In this document: positions 37,434 through 47,383 of the stretch, one piece after another | How positions within the stretch are numbered: the stretch's first letter is position 1 | How the letters are laid out: each line of letters begins with the position of its first letter | Assembly (NCBI GenBank): GCA_018818405.1 | Contig: JAHIRY010000047.1 | Coordinates: 2,053-66,052 of the forward strand | From: Patescibacteria group bacterium | Lineage (GTDB): Bacteria > Patescibacteriota > Patescibacteriia > UBA11705 > JABHMO01 | DNA length: 64,000 nt | Reading direction: 5' to 3' | The notes under the pieces: generated by a model | The model's input: the letters and a program-made list of their open reading frames with translations, nothing else | The model's database searches: none | Told to the model about the DNA's origin: nothing | Made by a program: the position numbers and the translations under genes

Positions 37434-37892
37434 ATGTCAGAAGAAAATAATAAAATTGAAGCAACAACCGATAAAAAAGCACCGGAAGCAAAGGGAAAAA
37501 TCGTGAAAAAGGCGATTAAAGGAAAAAAGAAAAAAGTCCAGAAAAATGTTCCCATCGGATGCGCGTATATCAAAGCGACATACAATAATACAATTGTGAG
37601 CTTGACTGATCAGGCGGGCAATTTGTTGGCGTGGTCCAGCGCCGGTCCGAATGGTTTTAAAGGCCCGAAAAAGTCAACTCCTTATGCTGCCGGAATTATT
37701 GTCAAGGACGCAGTTGAAAAGTCAAAGGTTTTCGGACTAAAAGATGTGAATGTTTATGTCCGCGGTGTTGGCATGGGTCGAGAGTCCGCTATTAGAGCGC
37801 TTAATTCAAATGGATTAACAATTTTATCAATAAAAGACGTTACGCCGATTCCGCACAACGGATGTCGTCGCAGAAAACCGAGACGGGTATAA
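37434..37892 (+). CDS. rpsK: 30S ribosomal protein S11 with a Lys-rich N-terminal extension
   Basis: The S11 core [16 protein letters not shown] and a conserved C-terminus. Confidence 0.9.
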   Translation: MSEENNKIEATTDKKAPEAKGKIVKKAIKGKKKKVQKNVPIGCAYIKATYNNTIVSLTDQAGNLLAWSSAGPNGFKGPKKSTPYAAGIIVKDAVEKSKVFGLKDVNVYVRGVGMGRESAIRALNSNGLTILSIKDVTPIPHNGCRRRKPRRV

Positions 37893-37914
37893 CCTTATTA
37901 AAGAAGATGAAAAT

Positions 37915-38550
37915 ATGGCAAGAAATTTAGATCCAAAATGCAAACAATGTCGGAGAGAAGGCACCAAATTATTTTTGAAAGGTGAGCGTTGTAATACTTC
38001 AAAATGCGCATTAACCAGAAGAAATTATATTCCGGGAATGCATGGCGTAAAGCTGGGAAAAGGCGGACGGTTGACCGGTTATGGCATCCAGTTGAGAGAA
38101 AAGCAAAAAGCAAAACGCACATATCGACTGTTGGAGAAACAATTCAGAAGTTATTTTGACAAGGCGATCAGTGAAGTCGGAGACACCGGTGAAAATATTT
38201 ACAAGTTATTGGAAATGCGAATGGACAATGTCATTTATCGCGCCGGATTTTGCAATAGCCGAGACTTTGCGAGACAGATGGTGAATCATGGACATTTCTT
38301 GCTGAATGGCAGAAGAGCGTCAATTCCTTCAATCAATGTAAAGGTGAAAGACAAAATAACATTCAGACCGAAAAGTTTGGAAATTGAAGAAATCAAAAAT
38401 TTGCCTGAAAAGTTGAAGAACAAAGAAATGACGGATTGGCTGGTGGTTGAACCGGAGAGTTTGACCATTACCGTTCTGGATGTTCCAAGTTCAGAGAAGA
38501 GCAAACCGAATTTTGACTTGAGGGCGATCAATGAATATTATTCCAGATAA
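37915..38550 (+). CDS. rpsD: 30S ribosomal protein S4
   Basis: CKQCRREG N-terminus, S4 domain, 211 aa. Confidence 0.9.
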   Translation: MARNLDPKCKQCRREGTKLFLKGERCNTSKCALTRRNYIPGMHGVKLGKGGRLTGYGIQLREKQKAKRTYRLLEKQFRSYFDKAISEVGDTGENIYKLLEMRMDNVIYRAGFCNSRDFARQMVNHGHFLLNGRRASIPSINVKVKDKITFRPKSLEIEEIKNLPEKLKNKEMTDWLVVEPESLTITVLDVPSSEKSKPNFDLRAINEYYSR

Positions 38551-38597
38551 TGAATTATCGAAAATATAAATTATAAAATAAATTAGGAGGACTTAAT

Positions 38598-39347
38598 ATG
38601 GAAAATTTACTATTGCCGTCAAAAATTTCCTACGAGGAAAGCAAGGAATCGAATAAAGTGACTCTTACAATAGAGCCGTGTTATTTCGGTTATGGAACGA
38701 CAATTGCAAATGCACTGAGACGTGTATTGCTATCTTCACTCCCGGGCGCGGCAGTGACCGCGGCAAAGATAAATGGAGTGGAACAAGAGTTTTCAGCGAT
38801 TCCGAATGTAAAGGAAGATGCGCTGAATATTTGTTTGAATTTGAAAAATTTGCGCTTGAAGGTTTTCAGTGAAGAACCGGTAAAGCTTGTTTTGAAGGCA
38901 AAGGGAGAAAAAGTGGTGACAGCCGCTGATTTTGAAAAGAACAGCGATGTGGAAATAATCAATGAAAATTTGGAGATTGCTACATTGACCGATGAAAAAG
39001 CTGTTTTGGAAATGGAAGTGACTGTCCAGCAGGGACGCGGTTATCTTCCGACCGAGGAACGATCGAAGGAAAGTGTTGAAATTGGAACTATTTTGATAGA
39101 TGCAATTTTTACTCCGGTTCAGAAAGTCGGTTATCAAGTTGTGCCTACTCGTGTTGGTGATATTACAAATTATGATAAATTGATGATGGAGATAGAGACT
39201 GACGGAACAATCACTCCGGCTGACGCAGTGGAACAAGCATCAAAAATTTTAATGGATCATCTTTCATTATTAATTTCAAAAAAAGAAGAAGCTGAAGCGC
39301 CGATAGCGGTTGAAGCGCCGGTGGAAGTTGAAGTAACGGAAGAATAA
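38598..39347 (+). CDS. rpoA: DNA-directed RNA polymerase alpha subunit, N-terminal domain only, with no alpha-CTD
   Basis: Alpha-NTD motifs (GYGTTIANALRRVLLSS). The protein ends after about 249 aa in an acidic tail. The SD GGAGG is upstream. Confidence 0.85.
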   Translation: MENLLLPSKISYEESKESNKVTLTIEPCYFGYGTTIANALRRVLLSSLPGAAVTAAKINGVEQEFSAIPNVKEDALNICLNLKNLRLKVFSEEPVKLVLKAKGEKVVTAADFEKNSDVEIINENLEIATLTDEKAVLEMEVTVQQGRGYLPTEERSKESVEIGTILIDAIFTPVQKVGYQVVPTRVGDITNYDKLMMEIETDGTITPADAVEQASKILMDHLSLLISKKEEAEAPIAVEAPVEVEVTEE

Positions 39348-39364
39348 AATAAATTGCAGGTTTT

Positions 39365-39718
39365 ATGAGACATCAAAAGACAAATGTAAAGTTAGGCAGA
39401 AAGGCCGGACCGAGAAAAGCATTGTTGCGAGGGCTTGCGACCAGCTTTGTGATTTCCGGAAAAATCAAAACCACTGTAGCGAAAGCAAAAGCTGTTCGTC
39501 CTATTGTGGAAAAGTACATTACAGTGAGCAAGAAAAATGATTTGGCCAGCCGCCGAAGATTGTTGCGTTATTTTTATGAGGAAAAGGCGGTAAATAAATT
39601 GCTTTCCGAACTGGGGCCGAAGTACATCGATCGCAAAGGCGGATATACCAGAATTATAAAATTAAGCAATAAAAGAAGGGGTGACAATGCTCCTCTGGCA
39701 TTGATTGAACTTGTATAA
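39365..39718 (+). CDS. rplQ: 50S ribosomal protein L17
   Basis: MRHQKTNVKLGR N-terminus, 117 aa. Confidence 0.9.
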   Translation: MRHQKTNVKLGRKAGPRKALLRGLATSFVISGKIKTTVAKAKAVRPIVEKYITVSKKNDLASRRRLLRYFYEEKAVNKLLSELGPKYIDRKGGYTRIIKLSNKRRGDNAPLALIELV

Positions 39719-39720
39719 AT

Positions 39721-40068
39721 ATGAAAAGAGAAATTAACAAAATTGACGCAACAAATAAAGCATTGGGACGTTTGTCAACGGACGCGGCGGTTTTATTGAT
39801 GGGAAAACACAAGGTTGAATACGCGCCGAATACAGACATTGGAGATTTTGTGGAGATAATTAATTGCGACAAAATAAAATTTACCGGCAGAAAATTGGAA
39901 CAGCAAAAACATTATCGCCATTCAGGCTATCCGGGCGGATTGAAAGAATTCAAATTGAGCGATGAATTCGAGAAAAATCCGGAATTGTTGGTTCGAAATA
40001 CCGTTATGCACATGCTGCCAAAAAATAAATTAAGAAAAGAACGGATCAAAAGATTAAAATTTGTATAA
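39721..40068 (+). CDS. rplM: 50S ribosomal protein L13
   Basis: IDATNKALGRLST N-terminus and the HSGYPGGLKE motif. At 115 aa it is short for L13. Confidence 0.8.
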   Translation: MKREINKIDATNKALGRLSTDAAVLLMGKHKVEYAPNTDIGDFVEIINCDKIKFTGRKLEQQKHYRHSGYPGGLKEFKLSDEFEKNPELLVRNTVMHMLPKNKLRKERIKRLKFV

Positions 40069-40071
40069 TAT

Positions 40072-40536
40072 ATGGTTGAAGAAAAGAAAATTATTCTCGA
40101 AGAGAAAGAAGAAAATACAACAACTCCATCAGCTGAAAAAAAGAAAATGGAATATTTGTATGCTGTTGGCCGCAGAAAAACTTCAGTGGCAAGAGTTAAG
40201 GTAATGAAAAAAGGAACCGGCGCCATGACTGTAAATGAAAAAGATTTTAAGAAAGTTTTTCCTACTTTGGAATTGCAACGAAAAATATTGATTGCATTGA
40301 AGATTGTGGGACAAAATGACAAATTGGATGTTGTCGCCAAAATCGACGGCGGCGGCGTATCCAGCCAGGCTGACGCGTTGCGCCATGGAATATCCAGAGC
40401 ATTGATTCTTTTGAATCCGAATTTCAAAAAACCATTAAAAAAAGCCGGATTCTTGACAAGAGATTCCAGAAAAAAGGAAAGAAAGAAACCGGGATTGAAG
40501 CGCGCTCGCAAGGCGCCGCAATGGGCAAAACGATAA
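40072..40536 (+). CDS. rpsI: 30S ribosomal protein S9 with an N-terminal extension
   Basis: YAVGRRKTSVARV and a C-terminal KKPGLKRARKAPQWAKR. Confidence 0.85.
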   Translation: MVEEKKIILEEKEENTTTPSAEKKKMEYLYAVGRRKTSVARVKVMKKGTGAMTVNEKDFKKVFPTLELQRKILIALKIVGQNDKLDVVAKIDGGGVSSQADALRHGISRALILLNPNFKKPLKKAGFLTRDSRKKERKKPGLKRARKAPQWAKR

Positions 40537-40649
40537 AACTGAAAGTTTATATAAAAAAATTCGCGTAAGCGAATTTTTTTTTTGTATTAGCGCCGAAATT
40601 GCAATTTGCTCGGAAATTTGTTATAATTCACACGATTAATTGAATTTTT

Positions 40650-42119
40650 ATGCAAGCGGTTTCAGTGACGAAAAATACGACATATTTGACGCTATCATAC
40701 ATCGGACAAAAGATTTTGTCCTTTTTCTATTTTATTTTAATCGCCAGATTTATCGGTGTTGAGGATCTGGGAAAATACGCATTCGCCTTGTCATTCACTA
40801 CATTATTCGCGGTTTTGGTTGATTTCGGTTTGACGCAAGCCTTGATTCGAGAAGTGGCAAAATATGAAGAACGGACAAAAAGTTATTTGTCCTCTGTTAT
40901 CGGAATAAGATTGCTGTTTTCTTTGCTGGTTTACGGATTGGTTGCGGTTGCCATAAATTTGATGGGATATCCGGAAGTGACGAAACAGCTGGTTTATTTT
41001 TCCGGCGTGATCATGGTAATGGATCAGTTTACTTTGTGTTTTTGGGGAATATTCCGCGGATTTCGCAATTTGAAAATCGAGTCAATCAGCGTTGTAATAA
41101 ATCAACTCATTATTGTTGCGACCGGAATTGTAATTTTACTCTTGCATTTGCCGCTTATATTTTTGTTGCTGCCATTGTTTTTCGGCAGTTTGTTCAGCTT
41201 GATTTTTTCCGCGGTTTCGGTTCGAAAGAAACTGGGATTTGATTATTCAATTAAAATTGATAAAAAGATTTTAAAAGTTTTATTTCGAATTGCGATTCCG
41301 TTTGCGCTGATTGCCATATTCAGCCGCGTTTATGGAAATATTGATTCAATCATGCTTTCAAAAATGGCGGGAGACAAAGCTGTCGGCTGGTACAGCGTTG
41401 CCATGAAAATTCCATTCGCGCTTCAATTCATTCCGGCCGCATTGGCAGCGGCGATTTTTCCGGCATTCAGCCATCATTTCATTCATGACAAAGAACAATT
41501 GCGATTGACTTTTGACAGAGTGATGAAATTTTTGACGATTATCGTAATACCCATTTCCGTGGGAATTGCCGTCCTGGCAAATTCGATAATATTGTTTTTT
41601 TACGGCGCTGATTATATGCCCGCGGTTTTGCCCTTGCAGATTTTGATTTTTGGATTGTTTTTCGTTTTTTTGAATTTCCCGCTGGGTTCTCTGTTGAACG
41701 GCTGCGATCGGCAAGTGACCAACACCGTTTTGGTCGGAATTACCATGTCGATAAATATAATCTTGAATATTTTCTTGATTCCGAAATTCAATTTTGTCGG
41801 CGCAAGCATTTCTTTTTTGTTCAGCCATTCATTTTTATTTTGCGTGTCATTGATAATTGCGAAGAATATTATTCCTTATGCGAAAATGAAATTACTGATT
41901 AATTTTTTGAAGTCGCTCGTCAGCGCCTGCATTATGGGAATTGCAATTTATTATTTGATGCCGTTGGTGCATTTTATTGTAATAATTCCGATCGGCGCTT
42001 TAATTTACGGTTTTGTCATGTTCTTGATTCGCGGATTTGACAAAGCTGACATTAAATATTTTTATCAGACGCTTTTGAGAAGGGGAGCGCCGCCGGAGAA
42101 ATTTTCCCTTGACCAATAA
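40650..42119 (+). CDS. Polysaccharide biosynthesis flippase (Wzx/MOP superfamily)
   Basis: 489-aa protein of about 12 TM helices with PST-family topology, adjacent to a glycosyltransferase. Confidence 0.7.
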   Translation: MQAVSVTKNTTYLTLSYIGQKILSFFYFILIARFIGVEDLGKYAFALSFTTLFAVLVDFGLTQALIREVAKYEERTKSYLSSVIGIRLLFSLLVYGLVAVAINLMGYPEVTKQLVYFSGVIMVMDQFTLCFWGIFRGFRNLKIESISVVINQLIIVATGIVILLLHLPLIFLLLPLFFGSLFSLIFSAVSVRKKLGFDYSIKIDKKILKVLFRIAIPFALIAIFSRVYGNIDSIMLSKMAGDKAVGWYSVAMKIPFALQFIPAALAAAIFPAFSHHFIHDKEQLRLTFDRVMKFLTIIVIPISVGIAVLANSIILFFYGADYMPAVLPLQILIFGLFFVFLNFPLGSLLNGCDRQVTNTVLVGITMSINIILNIFLIPKFNFVGASISFLFSHSFLFCVSLIIAKNIIPYAKMKLLINFLKSLVSACIMGIAIYYLMPLVHFIVIIPIGALIYGFVMFLIRGFDKADIKYFYQTLLRRGAPPEKFSLDQ

Positions 42120-42122
42120 AAT

Positions 42123-43259
42123 ATGAAACGGACGCTTCTCGTTACAATGGATTTTGCGCCGATGTTTGGCGGAGTTGCCAATTATTGGACGAATTTGAAT
42201 CATTTTTTTCCCAGTGATAATTTTGTGGTGCTGGCGCCGGAATACGATAATTCACTTGATTTTGACATCAAACAAAATTATTTGATTTACCGGAAAAATC
42301 TCCTGACGAAAAATAAGTGGGTTTGGCCGAAATGGCTGCCGTTGTTATTTGAAACGATAAAATTGGTGAGGCAGGAAAAAATTGAGAAAATTATCGTCGC
42401 CAATGTTTTGCCGGTCGGGACGGTTGCGTATATTATTAAAAAATTTTTTCGTATTCCGTACATTGTTTCGGTTCACGGACTTGATATTGCTCTGCCTCAG
42501 GCGCATACGAGAAAAAATCGGTTGATGAAAAAAATATTGAATGAAGCGGAACACATTATTACCAATAGCAATTTTACAAAAGAATTGCTGATGAAATTGG
42601 AATGTTGCGGAGCTGATTCGGTTATTATCGTTTATCCTTGCGCCAATATAAATTTTGAAAAGCCGAGGCAAAATATTCTTGATACATTGGCCAATGGAAA
42701 ATTGAAAGACAAAAAAATAATTTTGACTGTCGGCCGATTGATCGAACGAAAGGGGCAGGACAAAGTGATTCAATCGATGCCGATGATTTTGAAGGAATGT
42801 CCGGACGCGGTATATGTGATTGTCGGACAGGGAAAGCAATTGAAATATTTGAAAGAATTGGTGTCAATGTTGAATTTGGACGAAGAGGTTTTATTTTTTT
42901 GCGATGTGATGAATTATGAATTGCCGGGATTTTATGAGAGCGCGGATATTTTCATAATGCCGAGCCGAAGATTGGAAAACGGCGACATTGAAGGTTTTGG
43001 CATCGTATATTTGGAAGCGAATTATTATGGCAAACCGGTGATCGGCGGCAAATCCGGCGGAGCGGTCGAAGCGGTGGAACATGATGTGAACGGATTGTTG
43101 GTTGATCCTCTGAGCATCAATGAAATCAGCGGCGCGATTGTCGAACTTTTGAAAAATCCGGAAAAAGCGAACAGACTCGGAGAAACCGGGCGTTTGCGCG
43201 TGGCAAAAAAGTTCAATTGGTTTGAGCAAGCGAAAAAAGTGATTGATATTTTGAATTGA
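42123..43259 (+). CDS. GT4-family glycosyltransferase
   Basis: C-terminal EGFGIVYLEANYYGKPVIG (the EX7E motif region) and GT-B architecture. Confidence 0.75.
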   Translation: MKRTLLVTMDFAPMFGGVANYWTNLNHFFPSDNFVVLAPEYDNSLDFDIKQNYLIYRKNLLTKNKWVWPKWLPLLFETIKLVRQEKIEKIIVANVLPVGTVAYIIKKFFRIPYIVSVHGLDIALPQAHTRKNRLMKKILNEAEHIITNSNFTKELLMKLECCGADSVIIVYPCANINFEKPRQNILDTLANGKLKDKKIILTVGRLIERKGQDKVIQSMPMILKECPDAVYVIVGQGKQLKYLKELVSMLNLDEEVLFFCDVMNYELPGFYESADIFIMPSRRLENGDIEGFGIVYLEANYYGKPVIGGKSGGAVEAVEHDVNGLLVDPLSINEISGAIVELLKNPEKANRLGETGRLRVAKKFNWFEQAKKVIDILN

Positions 43260-43349
43260 TCTTTAATTGCCAGATGAATTGCCGGCAGTTGTCCGGAGAG
43301 CGTTTGATCTCTTGGGAATATCGGTTAATTTACATGATTTCCATTTCTA

Positions 43350-43378
43350 TTGACAGTTTTGAAAAGTTTGGCTATAAT
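43350..43378 (+). promoter_or_regulatory. Consensus promoter TTGACA-17-TATAAT for the rplJ-rplL operon
   Basis: ttgacagttttgaaaagtttggctataat. Confidence 0.55.
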
Positions 43379-43505
43379 AATCGCAACAATAAATATTCCG
43401 CAGACAGCAGGCTTTCGAAATTATTCGAAATTAAGACCTGCCGAGGATTGGAAATCTTACTTTCGAGGTAAGTTTTGATCATCTGCGGAAACGCGGATTT
43501 TTTTA
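43379..43505 (+). promoter_or_regulatory. rplJ 5' leader with an attenuator-like hairpin plus T-run, a candidate L10(L12)4 autoregulatory leader
   Basis: atctgcggaaacgcggat forms a 7-bp stem with a GAAA loop, followed by T7 at 43481..43505, about 35 nt before the rplJ start. Confidence 0.45.
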
Positions 43506-43539
43506 ATTTTTATCTAATTTAATTAACAATTTAATCAAT

Positions 43540-44061
43540 ATGGCGAAAACAAAACAGCAAAAAGAGCAAATCGTCAATGAATTGGGCGAAAAAATAAAAG
43601 GCGCCAAATCAGCGGTTTTTGCGAATTATTCCGGATTGAATGTCGCGGATATGGAGGATTTGCGTAATAAATGCCGAGAACAAGGCGTTGAATTGACTGC
43701 CGTGAAAAAAACATTGTTGAGATTGGCTCTGGCTCAGCAAGATTTGAAGAGTCCTGAATTGGAATCAATGGAAGGTTCCATCGGCGTGGCAACCAGCCCT
43801 AGCGATGAAGTGGCAGCCGCAAAATTAATCAAAGAATTTGCCAAACTGCATTCTGACGTCACATTTCAGGGAGGTTTGCTCGAAGGCGAATTGATTTCAA
43901 GGGAAATGGTTGTGTCATTGTCGAATATTCCTTCAAAATTGGAATTGTTTTCAAAAATGGTCGGCTCAATGCAAGCGCCGATTTCCGGATTTGTCAATGT
44001 TTTGCAGGGAAATTTACGCGGATTGGTTTGCGTATTAAATGCAATTAAAGATAATAAATAA
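43540..44061 (+). CDS. rplJ: 50S ribosomal protein L10
   Basis: 173 aa with an L10 fold. It precedes L7/L12. Confidence 0.85.
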   Translation: MAKTKQQKEQIVNELGEKIKGAKSAVFANYSGLNVADMEDLRNKCREQGVELTAVKKTLLRLALAQQDLKSPELESMEGSIGVATSPSDEVAAAKLIKEFAKLHSDVTFQGGLLEGELISREMVVSLSNIPSKLELFSKMVGSMQAPISGFVNVLQGNLRGLVCVLNAIKDNK

Positions 44062-44123
44062 TCAAGCATAGCGGGATAACATTTTACAGATTATCTTGCT
44101 TGAAACTTGTAAATTATAAATTT

Positions 44124-44525
44124 ATGTCAGAAGAAAAAAAGGAAGTGATCGTACCGGAGAAATTCAAATCTTTGGTGGAGGAAATCGAAAAGATGTCAGT
44201 CATTGACTTGGCTGAATTGGTAAAAGTGTTGGAAGAAAAATTCGGCGTAAGCGCAGCAGCGCCGGTCATGGCAATGGCGGCGGCTCCGGGAGCGGCAGCG
44301 GCAGTGGAAGAAAAAACCGAATTTGACGTTGAATTGACAGCTGCCGGCGAAAACAAAATCGCTGTCATCAAAGCGGTAAAGGAAATTACCGGATTGGGAT
44401 TGAAAGAATCAAAAGATTTGGTGGAAGCGGCTCCAAAAGTTTTGAAAGAAGCGGTGAAAAAAGAAGAAGCGGAAGAAATGAAGAAGAAATTGCAAGAAGC
44501 CGGCGCAACAGTAAATTTGAAGTAA
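44124..44525 (+). CDS. rplL: 50S ribosomal protein L7/L12
   Basis: The Ala-rich hinge [20 protein letters not shown] and the C-terminal domain. Start taken at ATG 44124, inside the TTG-initiated track ORF. Confidence 0.9.
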   Translation: MSEEKKEVIVPEKFKSLVEEIEKMSVIDLAELVKVLEEKFGVSAAAPVMAMAAAPGAAAAVEEKTEFDVELTAAGENKIAVIKAVKEITGLGLKESKDLVEAAPKVLKEAVKKEEAEEMKKKLQEAGATVNLK

Positions 44526-44532
44526 ATTTTAC

Positions 44533-44570
44533 AAAAAAAATTCCCGCGTTTGCGGGAGTTTTTTTTATTT
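44533..44570. terminator. Bidirectional intrinsic terminator
   Basis: cccgcgtttgcggg hairpin flanked by A8 and T8 runs. It serves rplL (+) and the convergent 44589..46658 gene (-). Confidence 0.7.
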
Positions 44571-44588
44571 GCAATGAAGTGAATTTTA

Positions 44589-46658
44589 TTATTTCAAATC
44601 AAGTTTGAACACTTTGTTTTTGGTGGCAATGTATATTTTCGATTCATCGCCGGAAACCGTGAAGTCAACAATCGGATTGTCCAATGTTTCAAATTCAAAT
44701 TGTTTGATGAATTTTCCTTCTTTGGTGAAGACGGCAATCCTGTTTGACGCGGAATCCAGAATGTAAAGATTCGCCAAGTCAGTGCCGGTATTAATTTTGG
44801 CCGGCGCTTTCAGCGCGGGTTCGATCGGATTTAAGACGAAATTCTGGATTTCTCCGGAATGGAATTTGTAAACTTCGCCGATATTTGTCAAGACAAAGAT
44901 ATTTCCGTCAATCGCCAGATCGATCGCTTGGGACAAATCCGCTTTGCCGGCATCTTTTATCCACGATTGGGTGGAGCTGAATCCAGAAGATCCGGGCGTT
45001 GATTTTAAAACTTGTTTTTTTTCTCCGACAATCGCGTAAATTTTTTCATTGTAAATTTGAAAATCGTTTATTCGTCCGCTGTCCCATCCGTTTTCCGTTG
45101 ACGCCAGTTTTTTATTCGAATAATTGTAGGTCAGCAGTTTTCCTTCCGCTGTGATGAGGAATAAATTATTTTCTCCTGAGGCGGAAAGATAAATATCATT
45201 GGAATCGGATTTCAGGAATGATACGGCGTTGTTGTCATCGATGTCAATCGCTTGAAACGAGCCGTTTTCTCCGGCAGCGAAAACATGAGAACCGAATTGA
45301 GACAATGTTTTTATTGCGCCGGTTTCATCGGATTTGATTTCCGCGATCAGCTGCGGACTGACTTTTTCCAGATGAATCAAGCGGTTTTTGATTGAGCCCG
45401 ATTGGTCGAGCAATTCATTGTAATTGGCTTTTTCATTGCTTGATTCCCTGGGCAATTGTTGAATTTTCGTTTCAGCGGCTTTTAATATTTCCAGACTTTT
45501 TGTTTCATTTCCATTGATCAGATTGACTTGGGCGCTGTTCAGATCATTGCGCAATTCTTTTATTCGGGCGGAATACGCTTCTTCCAGATCTTTTAATTCC
45601 CGACTGTGTCTCAGCCAAAAAATGCTTGAAATCAATCCGGCGATGAGAAGTATGACAACAATAATAATAATTGTGCTGGAAGCGCGCCAGCGCTTTTTTG
45701 TTGTTTCTTGATTTTCTTTTTTGTGAATTTTCCCTTTTGGACTTTTTAATTTATTTTCGTTTTTTTTGCGTTTAAGGAAGCTGAACAGATTTCTGATTTT
45801 CGCTCCGATGTCCAACGCCAGGGTCGGCGTCAGATATTTTTCCGTTGTTTCTTTTGTGGAAATGAATTGCGCAATGGATTTTTGCGAGATGGGTTTTTCC
45901 GAGGTAAATCGTTTTTCTTCCATTTTTACGAAAATCGCGCTGTGCGTTAAATACGAACTGTTTTTTACATTGTTGATCAGTCCTTTGAAATAATCGATCG
46001 CTCGGCCAAAATCATTGCTCGCCATTATTTTGTTGACTTTGTGCGCGGGAATATAATTGTTGAAAATTTCCGACGCGATATAAATGGTGTCATTGTAATA
46101 AATTTTTCCGCCCAAAATACTGGAAAATATTTTCAATCTTTCGCCTGCATTTTGCGCGGTCGGAGTGCTGTTAATAATGTTTATCGCTTTAAAATTGTTT
46201 TGTTTCGTCTTGTGCAGAATATACGCCTGAATCAATCCTTGGTGGCTGAAAAAAAGATCGATTTCCTTGGTCGCAATATGCGGTTTTGCCGCGGCGATCA
46301 GGTAATTCAAATTTTCCAGCACAAAGTTGAGATGTCCGATTTCAATCAATTCGGTCAGAGTTTCATTTGTTTTTTGCAGCGCGTGTTCAAAGATTGTTTC
46401 AATGTTTAATTTTTGCGGATCAGGCGAAGCTTTTATTTGGTCGTAATATTTTTCTTTCAAGGTGTTGATCAGCGTTTTAATTATTTTTTCGCTTTCTCTT
46501 TTCGGAGTGGCTCTCATTTCAATAATGCCGAAAAGATATCCTCCGTTTTTTTCTTTCCCTTCCGGGTAAATTATAAAATTTTCGCATGAATAATTATCAT
46601 CGGATTGTTTTGACGGAATGAATAATTCCCTGAGCGCGATATCATGTTTGATCTCCAT
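44589..46658 (-). CDS. Large hypothetical membrane protein with a cytoplasmic N-terminal domain, one TM helix and a C-terminal beta-propeller-like extracytoplasmic domain
   Basis: 689 aa. TM helix IIIIVVILLIAGLISSIFWL at about aa 330. The C-terminal half is rich in beta-strand repeats such as YILDSASNRIAVF. Minus strand. Confidence 0.55.
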   Translation of the reverse strand: MEIKHDIALRELFIPSKQSDDNYSCENFIIYPEGKEKNGGYLFGIIEMRATPKRESEKIIKTLINTLKEKYYDQIKASPDPQKLNIETIFEHALQKTNETLTELIEIGHLNFVLENLNYLIAAAKPHIATKEIDLFFSHQGLIQAYILHKTKQNNFKAINIINSTPTAQNAGERLKIFSSILGGKIYYNDTIYIASEIFNNYIPAHKVNKIMASNDFGRAIDYFKGLINNVKNSSYLTHSAIFVKMEEKRFTSEKPISQKSIAQFISTKETTEKYLTPTLALDIGAKIRNLFSFLKRKKNENKLKSPKGKIHKKENQETTKKRWRASSTIIIIVVILLIAGLISSIFWLRHSRELKDLEEAYSARIKELRNDLNSAQVNLINGNETKSLEILKAAETKIQQLPRESSNEKANYNELLDQSGSIKNRLIHLEKVSPQLIAEIKSDETGAIKTLSQFGSHVFAAGENGSFQAIDIDDNNAVSFLKSDSNDIYLSASGENNLFLITAEGKLLTYNYSNKKLASTENGWDSGRINDFQIYNEKIYAIVGEKKQVLKSTPGSSGFSSTQSWIKDAGKADLSQAIDLAIDGNIFVLTNIGEVYKFHSGEIQNFVLNPIEPALKAPAKINTGTDLANLYILDSASNRIAVFTKEGKFIKQFEFETLDNPIVDFTVSGDESKIYIATKNKVFKLDLK

Positions 46659-46767
46659 TTTTCTTCGAAATTTAGCTGTTAAAATTTATAGAGTTGACTT
46701 CCTGTCGGCAACTATAATATACTATATTATATTGAAGCTGTCCATAAGCGAAATTAGCAAATAAAAT

Positions 46768-47364
46768 ATGTTTGAACAACTATTCGGCTCGAAGACGAGA
46801 GTGAAATTAATCAGGATTTTTCTGGATAATCCGGAAAAGAAATTTTTTGTCAGAGAATTAACGCGTTTGTCCGATTCATTGATCAATTCCGTTAGGAGGG
46901 AATTGGAAAATCTGGTTAGAATGGAACTGATTTTGATCGAGGAAAACACTGAAAAGAAGCCGGCTGAGACATCAGGGATAAATTCTAAAAAATATTATTC
47001 ATTGAATCCCAGAAATTTGTTCAGGCAGGATTTGATGAATTTATTTTCAAAAGGAAAATTGCTCTGGGAAAAGAAATTCATTGAAAAGGTGGAAAATTTG
47101 GGCGATGTGAAGTATGTTTGTCTCGGCGGAATTTTCGTGGAAGATGCGAAAGCGGAAACAGATGTTTTGATTATCGGAAATGTTGACCGGAATCGCGCCA
47201 ATTCATTGTTGCAGAAATTCGAGGAAGAGGTCGGGCAGGCGATAAAGTACACGATGATGGATGAAGTGGAATATAATTTGCGCCGGGAAATCGCCGACAA
47301 GTTTTTGGAAAATATTATTTCCAATCCGCGGAATTTGGTGATAGTTGATAATTTGGGTAAATAA
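46768..47364 (+). CDS. Predicted winged-helix DNA-binding protein, hypothetical
   Basis: N-terminal KTRVKLIRIFLDNPEKKFFVRELTRL, an HTH-like segment, 198 aa. Confidence 0.45.
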   Translation: MFEQLFGSKTRVKLIRIFLDNPEKKFFVRELTRLSDSLINSVRRELENLVRMELILIEENTEKKPAETSGINSKKYYSLNPRNLFRQDLMNLFSKGKLLWEKKFIEKVENLGDVKYVCLGGIFVEDAKAETDVLIIGNVDRNRANSLLQKFEEEVGQAIKYTMMDEVEYNLRREIADKFLENIISNPRNLVIVDNLGK

Positions 47365-47383
47365 TCATTTGAGATATTGCGTA

